A DNA stretch of 53,957 nt from positions 1 to 53,957 of the forward strand of contig NW_021833814.1 of assembly GCF_006345805.1 (NCBI RefSeq). The letters are read 5' to 3'. The stretch comes from Octopus sinensis. Taxonomy: Eukaryota. Below are positions 24,290-37,371 of this stretch, one piece after another. The first letter of the stretch is position 1. Each line of letters opens with the position of its first letter. The notes beneath the pieces are model-generated. The model had not been told where the DNA came from, did no database searches, and was given only the letters and a program-made list of their open reading frames with translations. The translations under genes were made by a program, and so were the position numbers.

Positions 24290-24555
24290 ATGCGAGATCT
24301 TCAGTTACTGTTGTTGTTTTTTCGTTTTCCTGGCTATCTTTAACAGGTACAATAGAATTTCTTGTATCTTCAGGCCTTTGCGTACTTTTGTCAGATGGCA
24401 GTCTTTCAATTAAGCCTCGTGGCGGGCTATACTGTTCATCTGATTCTTCATTTCCTTTGTGTCTTATATTTATGTCATTTTCCGTTGCGTGCTTGATCGC
24501 GCTTATTTCACTGTCTGTGAGTCTGTATTTCTAAAGATATCCCTCCTCACATTTG

Positions 24556-24885
24556 CTAATTTGTTCTCGTCCAAATAGGGCCTACTGTATTGATTCCGTG
24601 TTCTCCATATACTGTAAGAGTTTGCGGTGTGTCTCTCTGAGATGGCCTACCTAATGCATAGTAATAAGCGTATAATACTTCTTTATACTCTTCTCGGGTC
24701 CATTTGTTCCGCTTACATTTTTCTTTCTGTGGTGGTTGTGGTGGTGAACTTGGAGGGCTCGAGTTGGGGGATTTCCCGTTCAAGTGACCATCCATGTCCG
24801 TATTCGGAGAAGAGTTTGTGCCAGTTGATGACTTTTCGATCCCAGGCTGGCTCTTCCCTGGGGGACGCGCTTCCAGATTAACCAT
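24556..24885 (-). CDS. N-terminus of the Dong-like ORF (possible Myb-like KWTREEY motif)
   Basis: RNKWTREEYKEVLYAYYYAL parallels RTCEEYISILHAYFTAV in family A (~13700). Confidence 0.75.
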   Translation of the reverse strand: MVNLEARPPGKSQPGIEKSSTGTNSSPNTDMDGHLNGKSPNSSPPSSPPQPPQKEKCKRNKWTREEYKEVLYAYYYALGRPSQRDTPQTLTVYGEHGINTVGPIWTRTN

Positions 24886-24987
24886 AGGACAAGCGATTGG
24901 TATAATGATTTAGTTTTCCTTTTAGTTTCCAAAAACATTTTGGTGCTACGATAATGTTATCATTTTTTAGCTTTGATTGGCTCGTTT

Positions 24988-25712
<725 letters not shown>

Positions 25713-25713
25713 A

Positions 25714-26101
25714 TCGATTTTTCTGCGATATTTTTTGAAAATTCACATAGATTTTCCCTACACCGACGTTGGACATCAAGTTTGCATTAAATGTCAAACT
25801 AACGACCTTTTGTCAATGCAGTTAACAAGTATTGAAGAAATCGACAAAACCATATCACTTTGAGACCGACCATGCGAACCTACAAAACTGACTTTTGTTA
25901 AATAGTTGGCGGATTTCAGGCGATTTAGTCGATTTTTGCCGCTTTTATCATAAAGGTTACTAGAAATGGCATATATTTTCCTTTTGCTTCAAATCCGAGC
26001 AATGTTGGGCTGTAGATGCGTTAAGTTAGGATTAGGTAGGGCTTAGCTGTGGTCCGAACCCAACTTGTGTTCGAGGGGGCAACGGCGGGCTATGCTGCTA
26101 G
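25714..26101 (+). mobile_element. Possible non-autonomous Helitron
   Basis: A|TC at 25713/25714, a GC-rich subterminal segment (cgaac..gttcg; ggcaacggcggg), then CTAG|T at 26098-26102. The 5' end is speculative. Confidence 0.4.
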
Positions 26102-26112
26102 TATATATATAT

Positions 26113-26168
<56 letters not shown>

Positions 26169-26189
26169 ATTATATATTTATATATATTA

Positions 26190-26234
<45 letters not shown>

Positions 26235-26240
26235 ATTATA

Positions 26241-26292
<52 letters not shown>

Positions 26293-26341
26293 TATATATA
26301 TATATATATGGTGTGTGTGTGTGTGTATGTGTGTGTGTGTG
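26102..26341. repeat. (TA)n followed by (GT)n microsatellite
   Basis: Seen directly. Confidence 0.95.
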
Positions 26342-27480
26342 CTGGTCCAGATGGTTTCCCAGCCATCCTCCTCAAAGCGTGTAAGCATGCCCTGGCAAAA
26401 CCCCTCAAGATTCTCTTCCAGAGCTTTCTTGCGAATGGCAAACTGCCAAGCAAGCTGAAGGAGGAATAATATGCCCAATACATAAAGGGGGAAGTAGAGC
26501 AGATGCCCAAAACTATAGGCCTATCTCTCTGACTTCACACATCAGCAAAGTCATGGAACGGATAGTCAGAAAGAAACTAAACGCATTCCTTGAGGAAAAT
26601 AACTTGCTGAGTGATAGCCAGCATGGTTTTCGACCAGGTAGGAGCTGCCTGACCCAGCTCTTACAACATTATGACTGGGTGTTGAGGCAGTTACTCAACA
26701 AATCAAATGTGGACGTAATCTACCTTGATTTTGCAAAAGCTTTTGACAAGGTATATAATGGTATGATATGCCACAAACTGCGTGACCTCGGCATATCTGG
26801 AAAACTGGAGTGTGGTTACATGACTTCCTGAAAGATAGGAGTCAGGCAGTAGTGGTTAATGGAGCCACCTCTATGAACACACAAATAGTGAGCGGTGTTC
26901 CACAGGGCACTGTCTTGGGACCACTGCTTTTTATAGTGACCCTCTCAGATATGCCCTCAAATGCCCAGATAGCCACTCTGGCCAGCTATGCAGACGACAC
27001 GAAAGTCTCGCAGAAAATACAGAACCCCAGCGATGTTGCACATCTGCAGCAGGAGTTGGACTAAATCTACAGATGGGCTGAGGATAATAATATGCAGTTT
27101 AATGCTGAAAAATTCCAGGCCCTGCGCTACCAGCATCCAAACTGAATATTAAACTTACAGGATACACCGGTCCACAGGGAATTTCAATCCCAGAACCTAA
27201 GTCTGTGAGGGACCTGGGTATCGACATGAGTGATGATACCTCTTTCCAAGTGCACATTACCAGGATGGCGACAAAGTGCAGACGACTGGCTGGGTGGATC
27301 CTAAGAACATTCAGAACCAGAGATAAGGAAACCATGATGGTCCTCTGGCGGACATTCGTCCTCAGCCGCCTGGATTACTGCTCACAACTATGGTCACCCA
27401 CCAGTGTAAAATTAACAGCGGACCTTGAAGCAATCCAGAGAAGATTTACAAAGAAGATCGTCTCTTTGCAACAGCTCAGC
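26342..27480 (+). mobile_element. CR1/L2-type LINE RT fragment (family A, less decayed than 2990-7510)
   Basis: GPDGFP, NYRPISLTSH, QHGFRPGRSC, YLDFAKAFD, GVPQGTVLGPLLF, YADD. Colinear with ~5700-6790. Confidence 0.92.
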
Positions 27481-27533
27481 TCTTTTACTTGTTTCAGTCA
27501 TTTGACTGTGGCCATGCTGGAGCACCACCTTTA
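27481..27533 (-). mobile_element. 3' tail of SINE family 2
   Basis: The reverse complement aaaggtggtgctccagcatggccacagtcaaatgactgaaacaagtaaaaga matches the SINE tail at ~45425-45455. Confidence 0.75.
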
Positions 27534-27540
27534 TCACCTT

Positions 27541-28072
27541 GGGCTAGGAAAGATACTAGAAACTTTTTGGATATAACTATGGGGGCAACAGATTCTGCTC
27601 AGGATACTGATTTAGTAGGTATTTATTATCAGAACTTCAATTATAATGATTAATTATGATCTAGGAAAGATACTAGAAGATTTTTAGATATACCTATGGG
27701 AGCACCAGATTCTGCTCAGGCTAATGATTTACTAGGTATTTATTTTTATCAGAACTTCAATTATAATGATAAATTATGATCTAGGAAAGATACTAGAAGC
27801 TTTTTAGATATACCTATGGGAGCACCAGATTCTGCTCAGGCTAATGATTTACTAGGTATTTATTTATTATCAGAACTTCAATTATAATAATAAATTATGG
27901 GCTAAGAAAGATACTAGAAACTGTTTTGATATACCTATTGGGTCACCAGATTCTGCTCAGGCTACTGATTTAGTAGGTATTAATTTATTATCAGAACTTC
28001 AATTATAATAATAAATTATGGGCTAGGAAAGATACTAGAAACTTTTTTGATATACCTATGGGGTCACCAGAT
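27541..28072. repeat. ~120-bp tandem repeat, 4 full + 1 partial unit
   Basis: ctaggaaagatactaga recurs at ~27544, 27661, 27781, 27902 and 28023. Confidence 0.95.
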
Positions 28073-30464
28073 TGCTAGAAATAGCATTCAAATCTTCCTC
28101 AGATCACACTTTTCTATACTAATGGACCAATGTCAGATCTTCTAAATAGTTGCTTGACTTGCAAGATATAGCAGTCAAATCTTCCTCATATTGCACTTTT
28201 CTATTCTAATGGAACAATTTTAGACCCTCTAAATAGTAGCTTCACTTGCTAGAAATAGTAGTCAAATCTCCGTATTATCACACATTTCTATTCTAATGGA
28301 ACAATGTCAGATCCTCTAAATAGTTGTTTGACTTGCTAGAAATAACTGTAAAATCTTCATCAGATCATATTTTTCTATTCTAATGGACCAATGTCACATC
28401 CTCTAAATAGTTGCTTAACTTGGTAGAAATAACAGTCAAATCTCCCTCAGATCACACTTTTCTATTCTAATGGACAAATGTCAGATGCTCTTAATAGTGC
28501 TTGACTTGCTCGAAAGAGCAGTCATATCTTAATCAGATCACACTTTTCTATTCTTATGGACCAATGCCAGAGCCACTAAATAGTTTCTTAACTTGCTAGA
28601 AATAGCAGGCAAGTCTTCCTTAGATCACACTTTTCTACTCTAATGGAACAATGTCAGATCCGCAAAATAATTGTTTCACTTGCTAGAAACAGCAGTCAAA
28701 TCTCCCTCAGATCAGACTTTTCTGTTCTAATCGACCAATGTCACGAGCTCTTAATAGTTGCTTGACTTGCTAGAGAGAGGAAACAAATCTTTTTCAGATC
28801 ACTCTTTTCTATTCCAATAAACCAATGTCAGACCCTCTAAGTAGTTGCTTGACTTGCTAGAAATAGCAGTCAAAACATCCTGAGATCACAGTTTTCTATT
28901 CTAATGGAAGAATGTCAGATCATCTAAATAAAAGCTTGACTTGCTAGAAATAGCTATCAAATGTTCCTCTGATCACACTTTTCTACTCTAATGGAACAAT
29001 GTCAAATCCTCTAAATAGTTGCTTTACTTGCTAGAAATAGCAGTCAAATCTTAATCAGAGCACACTTTTCTATTCTCATGGACTGATGTCAGAACCTCTA
29101 AATAGTTTCTTGACTTCCTAAAAATAACAGTCAAATCTTCCTCAGCTCATGCTTTTCTATTCTAATGGACCAATGTCAGCTCCTCTAAATAGATCCTTGA
29201 CTTGCTAGTAATAGTAGTCAAATCTCAGTATTATCACACTTTTTTATTCTAATGGAACAATATCAGATCCTCTAAATAGTTGCTTGACTGGCTAGAAATA
29301 GAAATTACATCCTCCTCAGATTACATTCTTCGATTCTAATGGAACAATGTCAGAACCTCTAAATAGTTTCTTGACTTGCAAAAAATAACAGACAAATCTC
29401 CATCAGATCAAACGTTTCTATACTAATGGACCAATGTCAGATCCTCAAAATAAGTTGCTTCACTTGCTAGAAATAGCAATCAAACCTTCCTCAGATCACT
29501 TTACTATCCTAATGGAACAATGTCAGATCCTCTAAATAGCTGCTTGACTTTCTAAAAATAGCAGACAAATCTCCTTCAGATCACACTTTTCTATTCTAAT
29601 GGACCAATATCAGATCATCTAAACAGTTGCTAGACTTGCTAGAAATAGCAGTCAAATCCCCTCAGATGAAACCTTCTTTTCTAATGGACCAATGTCAGAT
29701 CCTCTAAATAGTTGGTTGTCTGGCAAGAAATAGCAGTCAAATCTCCCCCAGTTCACGATTTTCTATACTAGTGGACCAATATCAGATCCTCTAAATAGTT
29801 GGTTGTCTGGCAAGAAATAGCAGTCAAATCTCCCTCAGATCACACATTTCTATTCAAATAGACCAATGTCAGATCCTCTAAATTAAAGCTTCAATTGCTA
29901 GAAATAGCAATCAAGGTTCCTCACATCACTCGCTTCTATTCTAATGGAACAATGTCAGACATTCTAAATAGTTGATAGAGTTGCTAGAAATAGCAATCAA
30001 ATCTTCTTCAGATCAGACTTTTCTTTTCTAATGCACCGATATAAGATCTTCTAAATAGTTGCTTGACTTGCTATAATTGACAGGAAAATCTTCCTTATAT
30101 CACACTTTTCTATTCTAATGGACCAATGTCAGATGCTCTTAATAGTTGCTTGACTTGCTAGAAAGAGGAGACAAATCTTCCTCAGATCACACTTTTCTAT
30201 TCTAATAGACCAATGTCAGATCTTCTAAATAGTTGCTTGCTTTGCTAGAAATAGCAGTCAAAACTTCCTTTAGATGACATTTTTCTATTCTAATAGACCA
30301 ATGTGAGATCCTCTAAATAGTTCCTTGACTTGCTAGAAATAGTAGTCAAATCTCCCTCAGATCACTCATTTCTATTCTAATGACCAATGTCACATGCTCT
30401 TAATAGTTGTTTGAATTTCTAGAAAGAGGAGACAAATCTTCCTCAGATCACACTTTTCTATTCT

Positions 30465-30880
30465 AAAGGCTGAAGACGCTCGACCTTTATTCTCTAGAAA
30501 AACGACGACGCCGTGGAGATCTCATTCTTGCTCACAACATCATAAGCGGAAAGTGTAACCTCTCAAAAGAGCTGTTCTTCACTCCTGCTCCAGAGTGTCG
30601 GCTGCGGGGTCATTCCGAAAAGCTCTATCTGCGACGATTTCATCTCAATCGAAGGAGAGGAGCTTTCTCCATCCGGGTTGTAGATCAGTGGAATAAGCTG
30701 CCAGACGACATGGTGAAGATGCCGATGACCGCTCGGTTCAAAGTCTCCCTTGACCTCAAGTGGCCTGAACTCTTTACCACCCTGTACATAACTCCACCCT
30801 GTACATAACTCCTTGTCCCCCTACATGGTCTTGCTGTTTGCTTTTTGAGCCAAAAAATTAACTAACTAACTAACTAACTA
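30465..30880 (+). mobile_element. CR1-type LINE 3' fragment (family D) with (TAAC)n tail
   Basis: Near-identical to ~36142-36538, with a private 17-bp duplication at 30778-30811. The satellite resumes in phase. Confidence 0.92.
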
Positions 30881-31486
30881 AAAGACCAATGAGAGATTCT
30901 CTAAATAGTTCCATCACTTGCTAGAAAGAGCAGTCAAAATTTCCTTTCGATCAAACTTTTCTGTTCTTATGTACCATTGTCATGACCTCTAAATAGTTGC
31001 TTGATTTGCAAGAAATAGCAGTCAACCTTCCTAAGATCACACTTTTCTATTCTAATGGACCAATATCAGATCCTCTAAATAGTTGCTTCACTTGCTAGAA
31101 ATGGCGATCAAATCTTCATCAGATTACACTTTTTTATTCTAATGGAACAATGTCAGATCGTCTAAATAAAAGCTTGACTTGCTAGAAATAGCAGTCAAGT
31201 CTTCCTTAGATCATACTTTTCTATTTTAATAGAACAATGTCAGATCGTCTAAATAAAAGCTTGACTTGCTAGAAATAGCAATCAAATCTTACTCAGATTA
31301 CACTTTTCTATTCTAATGGAACAATGTCAAGACTTCAAAATAATTGCTAGACTTGATAGAAATAGCAGTCAATCTCCCTCAGATCACAATTTTCTATTCT
31401 AATCGACAACTGTCAGATCCTCTAAATATGTGCTTTCCTTGCAAAATGTAGCAGTAAAATCAACCTCAGACAACACTTTTCTATTC

Positions 31487-31488
<2 letters not shown>

Positions 31489-31540
<52 letters not shown>

Positions 31541-32693
31541 TGTGTACAGTGCTCAGGTGCACTACAACTCATCTAAAGTGTATATATAATCAGGTGTAGT
31601 TTCGGCGTATTTCGGAAAGCATGAGGGCCTTAAAGGATGCAGTGTCATGGCAGTCAACAACTGACGCAGGCAGTTTATTCCATGCTTCAGCAACTCTGAG
31701 CGTGAAAAAATGTTTCCGAAAGTCATGGGAGCTGTGTTGTTTTCTGACTTTGTAGGCATGTCCACGTGTGTTAGACACATGGAGATCAAAAAGGTGTTCA
31801 GTGTTGTTGTTGGTGAGGTGGTTGATAACCTTGTGGGTGTTTACCAAGTCCGTCGCCAGACGCCGGAGCTTCAGTGAATCCATGCCCAGGGAAACAAGGC
31901 GTTCAGAATATGGTAGGTGTCTGATGGAGGGTATGCGTTTGGTTGCACATCTCTGGACAGATTCCAGGAGGTCAATGTTCTGAGCAAGATAGGGATTCCA
32001 AACTGATGATGCGAATTCCAAGTGTGGTCGTACCATAGCTGTATACAGTTTTAAATAGATGGCTGGAGAGCGGCTAACAAAAGTCTTGCTGAATGATGCC
32101 AAGACACCCACGGCCTTCTTGACAATTTTAGAGATATGCTTTGTCCAACGCAAATCACTGCTGACAGTGATGCCTAGGTCACGCTCGCAAGAGGATTTCT
32201 TGATATCAGTGTTGTGGAGGGAGTATGTGGACGCAGGGTTTTTTCTCCCAAAATGCATGGTGGTACACTTGTCCACAGCCAGTTTCAGTTGCCAGTCTGT
32301 GATCCATTGCTGCATTGTGTCTAGGTCTGATTGCAGGAAGGAGTTGTAGACATCAGGATCAGTCCTCTTGATTTCAAGGTACAGCTTGATGTCGTCTGCA
32401 TATTTCAATACTGTGGCATTCTTTAAATTGGCATCTATGTCATTAATGTATGCCACAAACAGGAGGGGACCAAGGACAGATCCCTGTGGTACACCCGATG
32501 ACATCTCATATGGTGTAAAGTGTTGTCCTAGAACTGTGACTACCTCCTTTCGGCTGAGGATGAAGGATTTCAACCAGTTAAAAAGGTCATCCCCCACACC
32601 CATTGCAGAGAGATTCACCATAAGCTTTTGTGTGGCACAGAGTTGAAAGCCTTAGCAAAATCAAGGTAGACAACATCCACCCATGAGCCACTA
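31489..32693 (-). mobile_element. 5'-truncated CR1/L2-type LINE (family E) with (TTA)n tail
   Basis: RT ORF 31590-32621, upstream VDVVYLDFAKAF, tail at 31489-31541. Confidence 0.93.
31590..32621 (-). CDS. Reverse transcriptase C-terminal half (343 aa, open)
   Basis: SGVPQGSVLGPLLF, YADD, ERDLG, RPHLEFASSVWNP, TRGH, WNKLP. Confidence 0.9.
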   Translation of the reverse strand: MVNLSAMGVGDDLFNWLKSFILSRKEVVTVLGQHFTPYEMSSGVPQGSVLGPLLFVAYINDIDANLKNATVLKYADDIKLYLEIKRTDPDVYNSFLQSDLDTMQQWITDWQLKLAVDKCTTMHFGRKNPASTYSLHNTDIKKSSCERDLGITVSSDLRWTKHISKIVKKAVGVLASFSKTFVSRSPAIYLKLYTAMVRPHLEFASSVWNPYLAQNIDLLESVQRCATKRIPSIRHLPYSERLVSLGMDSLKLRRLATDLVNTHKVINHLTNNNTEHLFDLHVSNTRGHAYKVRKQHSSHDFRKHFFTLRVAEAWNKLPASVVDCHDTASFKALMLSEIRRNYT

Positions 32694-33786
32694 ATGGTAG
32701 AATGTCAGATCGTCTAAATAAAAGCTTGACTTGCTAGAAATAGCTGTCAAATCTTCATCATATCACTCTTTTCTACTCTAATGGACCAATGTCAGATCCT
32801 CTAAATAGTTACTAGACTTGCTAGAAATAGTAGTCAAATCTTCATCAGATCACACTTTTCTATTCTAATTGAACAATGTCAGATCTCTAAATAGTTGCTA
32901 GACTTATATCAGACTTTTCTATTTTAATGGAACAATATCAAATCCTCTAAATATTAGCTTCACTTGCTAGAAATAACAGTCAAATCTCCCTTAGATCACA
33001 CTTTTCTGTATTAATGGATCAATGCCAGTTACTCTAAATAGTTGCTTGACTTGCTAAAAATAGCAGTGAAACCTTCCTCAGATCACACTTTTCTACTCTA
33101 ATGGAAGAATGTCAGATTGTCTAAATAAAAGCTTGATTTGCTAGAAATAGCAATCAAATGTTCCTCAGATCACTCGTTTCTTATCTAATGGACCAATGTC
33201 AGATCCTCAAAATAGTTCCTTGACTTGCTAGAAATATCTATAAAATCTTCCTCAGATCAAACTTTTCTATTTAATAGACCAATGTCAGATCCTCTAAATA
33301 GTTGCTTGTCTTGCTAGAAATAGCAATCAAATCTTAATCAGATCACTATTCTCATGGACCAATGTCAGAACCTCTAAATAGTTTCTTGACTGGCTAAAAA
33401 AAACAGTCAAATCTTCCTCAGCTCACGCTTTTCTATCTAATGGACCAATGTCAGATCCTCTAAATAGTTCTTTGACTTGCTAAAAATAGTAGTCAAATCT
33501 CCGTATTATCACAATTTTCTATTCTAATGGAACAACATCAGATCCTCTAAATCCTTGCTTGACTTGCTAGAAATAGAAATCAAATCTTCCTCAGATTACA
33601 CTCTTCTATTCTACTGGAACAATGTCAAGATCTCTAAATAGTTGCTTGACATGCTAGAATTAGCAGTCGAATCTCCCTCAGATCACAATTTTCTATACTA
33701 ATTGACCAATGTTAGATCATGTAAATATTTGCTTTCCTTGGTAGAAATAGCAGTCAATCTCCCTCAGATCACACATTTCTATTCTA

Positions 33787-34692
33787 ATGACCAATGTCAC
33801 ATGCTCAGAAATCCACCTGCAGGGCTACGTCCTTTTCAGATGTGACAGAGGAAAAAGGCGATGTGGAGGTGTTGCTGTGTATGTTAAGTCTGAGCACAAA
33901 CCGTCCAGCGGTATTCTACCCACTAATGCTCAACCTACAACAAAATTCGATGCTGTCTATTGCAAGCTGAGCCTATCTGAGTTTTGCCTGCCCGTGTTGG
34001 CTGTCTACAGGCCGCCTCTTGCCGACCCCCAGGACGATGCTCATTTACTCGAAGCGATAAGATTCGTTTCAGCTTCGCATGACTGTTTGGTACTAGGAGA
34101 CTTCAACGCTCCCACGATCGATTGGCCCGCATCAATTTGTACAACATCTTCCCGGTTCGGCCAGGCCCTTCTTGACGTGGCTGAAGATTGTTTTCTATCG
34201 CAACATGTTGAATATCCGACAAGGCATCGGTCTGGGCAGCAGCCATCTATGCTAGATCTGGTATTCTCCCGCTATCCAAGATCAGTGTCAGACATATCTG
34301 TGTGCGCCCCTCTTGCCAAGAGTGATCATGCGGTCCTGAAGTTCGTCATGCACACAACTTTTTCTACGCCCACGACTACTTCGCTGCCACATAGAGTCTT
34401 CTCTGCAATTAATCTTGAAATTCTAACCGAGGCTTCCGCACTTCTGGACTGGCGATCCCTGATGATGTTGTCCTCAGTTGACGAACTATGGTCATCCCTC
34501 AAAGCATATGTAATCTGTTTGACTGACCAGGCAGTTCCCGTTGGGCTTCCCAAGAGGAAGAAACACAAGCCCTGGGTGACGAAGAAGGTTAAACGAGAAC
34601 GTCGACTCAGAGATATTGCTTGGCTGAATTCAAAAATCTGGATTCGACTGCAGCTTTTGAGGTGTACAAAACCCAACGAGACCGAGCCGTGA
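33787..34692 (+). CDS. APE endonuclease part of ORF2 (first codons supplied by the satellite)
   Basis: 301-aa ORF with APE motifs. Confidence 0.85.
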   Translation: MTNVTCSEIHLQGYVLFRCDRGKRRCGGVAVYVKSEHKPSSGILPTNAQPTTKFDAVYCKLSLSEFCLPVLAVYRPPLADPQDDAHLLEAIRFVSASHDCLVLGDFNAPTIDWPASICTTSSRFGQALLDVAEDCFLSQHVEYPTRHRSGQQPSMLDLVFSRYPRSVSDISVCAPLAKSDHAVLKFVMHTTFSTPTTTSLPHRVFSAINLEILTEASALLDWRSLMMLSSVDELWSSLKAYVICLTDQAVPVGLPKRKKHKPWVTKKVKRERRLRDIAWLNSKIWIRLQLLRCTKPNETEP

Positions 34693-36538
34693 AAATTGAA
34701 AAGAAAGAACGCTTCAGTTATGAATACAAAATCGCGACAAATGCCAGTAGCAATCCAAAAACCTTCTTTGCCCATGTCCAGTGGAATTCCCGCTTGAACA
34801 ACCAGATTGCAACGTTGGTAGACTCAACAGGCGTATCGATTGAGGACCCTTATCAACAGAGTCAATTATTTGCCGAGGCTTTTTCAACTATTTTCAAACA
34901 AGATGATGGTCGTGAACCCCCTCCATTTGATAGATCGGTACCTCCAATGCTTCGATTGGTCATCACGCGGGACGAAGTCAAACGTGTTATTCAAGGCCTC
35001 GATGTCAACAAGGGTCACGGCCCTGACGGCATACACACACGGGTTATCAAAGCGTTGGCTCCAGTCATCTGCGAGCCCTTAACACGACTATTCAATATGT
35101 CATTGGCGACAGGTGTTATACCTGCAGACTGGAGAACAGCGATAATCTGCCCAATTTTCAAGAAAGGAAGCCGCGAAGACCCGCTTAACTACCGACCGGT
35201 TTCCCTTACATCAATAATCAGCAAGATGTTCGAAACCATCCTTAAGAAAAGTATGATGCTCCACCTCCTAAACATAGCCTCTATCTCTGATTCCCAACAC
35301 GGCTTCGTGCCGAAGAGATCATGCTTGACCAACTTACTAGTAATGGAAGAATTGGTGACGCACATCCTCGATGATAGTGATGCTGTTGACATCGTTTTAT
35401 TGGACTTTGCCAAAGCTTTTGACTCGGTAAACCACCACCTATTACTTGTCAAGCTTCAAGCATATACTTTCCATCCGGATATTGTACGATGGGTTGGTGC
35501 CTTCCTCTCAGATCGCTCCTTCCAAGTCCAGTTAATGGTTCGCGGTCCGACGTCTCCAGTGCGAGCAGTGGCGTGCCTCAAGGTTCAGTGCTTGGACCCT
35601 TGTTGTTCTTAGTCTTCATAAATGACTTGCCCGACGACCTCACGCAACACACCCTTCTATTTGCTGACGATATCAAACTGGTCGCTCCTCGCGGTAATAT
35701 AGAGGATCTTCGTCGATGCCTCCACCAAATTTGGAAGTGGTCTAACGATTGGGACCTGTGTCTGAACATGTCAAAGTGCTGTCATCTGCCTGTCAGCTTT
35801 ACTCCTGCAACTCAACTTGATTCGAGCCGGGTCGTCTGCTGCTGGAGAGGACCGATCAGGTAAAGGACCTGGGTATCTTGGTGGATTCCTCCTTTTCGCC
35901 TTCGGCCCAGTGCGTCCATGCTGCCAACAAAGCACGCGGAATTCTGTTCTTGATTCAAGGGTCATTCAGAATGCTCACAGCAGCCATATTCCTACCACTC
36001 TATGTCACGCTAGTGAGACCCATATTGGAGTATGGGATTCAAGCCTCTTCTCCTTATCTCCTCAAAGACATACAGCATCTCGAAAGAGTCCAGAAGCTGG
36101 CTACCCGCATGGTTCATGGTCTCAAAATTTGTTCTACGAAGAAAGGCTGAGGACGCTCGACCTTTATTCTCTTGAAAAACGCCGCCGCCGTGGTGATCTC
36201 ATTCTCGCCCACAACATCATAAGCGGAAAGTGTAACCTCTCGAAAGAGCTGTTCTTCACTCCTGCTCCAGAGCGTCGGCTGCGGGGTCATTCCGAAAAGC
36301 TCTACCTGCGACGATTTCATCTCAATCGAAGGAGAGGAGCTTTCTCCGTCCGGGTTGCGGATCCGTGGAACAAGCTGCCAGACGAGATGGTGAAGATGCC
36401 GACGACCGCTTGTTCAAAGCCTCCCTGGACCTCAAGTGGCCTGAACTCTTTACATGAACACCACCCTGTACTTAACTCCATGTCCCCCTACATGGCCTTG
36501 CTATTTGCTTTTGAGCCAAATTAACTAACTAACTAACA
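33802..36538 (+). mobile_element. CR1-type LINE (family D), nearly complete ORF2, slightly 5'-truncated, (TAAC)n tail
   Basis: APE (RCDR..GGVAVYVK, YRPP, LGDFNAP, LDLVF, SDH) and RT (GPDG, NYRPVSLTS, QHGF, DFAKAFDSV, GVPQGSVLGP, FADD), with several frameshifts. Confidence 0.95.
34620..35612 (+). CDS. Pre-RT + RT N-terminal part of ORF2 (330 aa)
   Basis: GPDGIH, PIFKKG, NYRPVSLTS, QHGFVPKRSCLTNLL, DFAKAFDSV. Confidence 0.88.
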   Translation: MAEFKNLDSTAAFEVYKTQRDRAVKIEKKERFSYEYKIATNASSNPKTFFAHVQWNSRLNNQIATLVDSTGVSIEDPYQQSQLFAEAFSTIFKQDDGREPPPFDRSVPPMLRLVITRDEVKRVIQGLDVNKGHGPDGIHTRVIKALAPVICEPLTRLFNMSLATGVIPADWRTAIICPIFKKGSREDPLNYRPVSLTSIISKMFETILKKSMMLHLLNIASISDSQHGFVPKRSCLTNLLVMEELVTHILDDSDAVDIVLLDFAKAFDSVNHHLLLVKLQAYTFHPDIVRWVGAFLSDRSFQVQLMVRGPTSPVRAVACLKVQCLDPCCS

Positions 36539-37371
36539 TAATAGTTGCTTGACTTTCTAGAAAGAGGAGACAAATCTTCCTCAGATCACACTTTTCTATT
36601 CTAAAAGACCAATGACAGATTCTCTAAATAGTTCCTTCACTTGCTAGAAAGATGAGTCAAAACTTCCTTGGATCAAACTTTTCTATTCTTATGGCCATTG
36701 TCACAACCTCTAAATAGTTGCTTGATTTGCAAAAAATAGCAGTCAACCTTCTTAAGACCACACTTTTCTATTCTAATGGACCAATATCAGATCCTCTAAA
36801 TACTTGCTTGATTTGCAAGAAATAGCAGTCAAATCTTTCTCAGATCACACTTTTCTATTCCAATGGAACAATGTCAAATCCTCTAAATAGTTGCTTGACT
36901 TGCTAGAAATAGCAGTCAAATCTTAATCAGATCACACTTTTCTATTCTCATGGACCAATATCAGAGCCTCTAAATAGTTTCTAAACTTGCTAAAAATAGC
37001 AGTCAAATCTTCTTCAGCTCACGCTTTTCTATTCTAATGACTAATGTCAGATCCTCTAAATAGTTCCTTGACTTGCTAGAAATATTAGTCAAATCTCAGT
37101 ATTATCACACTTTTCTATTCTAATAGAACAATATCAGATCCTCTAAATAGTTGCTTCACTTGCTAGAAATAGCAGTCAAGTCTTCCTAGATCATACTTTC
37201 TATTCTAATGGAACAATGTCAGATCGTCTAAATAAAAGCTTGACTTGCTAGAAATAGCAATCAAATCTTAGTCAGATTACACTTTTCTATTCTAATGGAA
37301 CAATGTCAAGATATCTAAATAGTTGCTAGACTTGATAGAAATAGCTGTCAAATCTCCCTCAGATCACAATT

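Larger units (their letters stand above)
21062..24987 (-). mobile_element. Full-length R4/Dong-like non-LTR retrotransposon (family B), a few frameshifts
   Basis: ATG at 24885, a ~100-bp 5' UTR abutting TAA, RT and CCHC/REL domains, a 3' UTR and a T/TTA tail at ~21062. Confidence 0.93.

Noticed and set aside
26020-26050. gttaggattaggtagggcttag as an interstitial telomere
   Set aside because: Only a few imperfect units, with no TTAGGG array.
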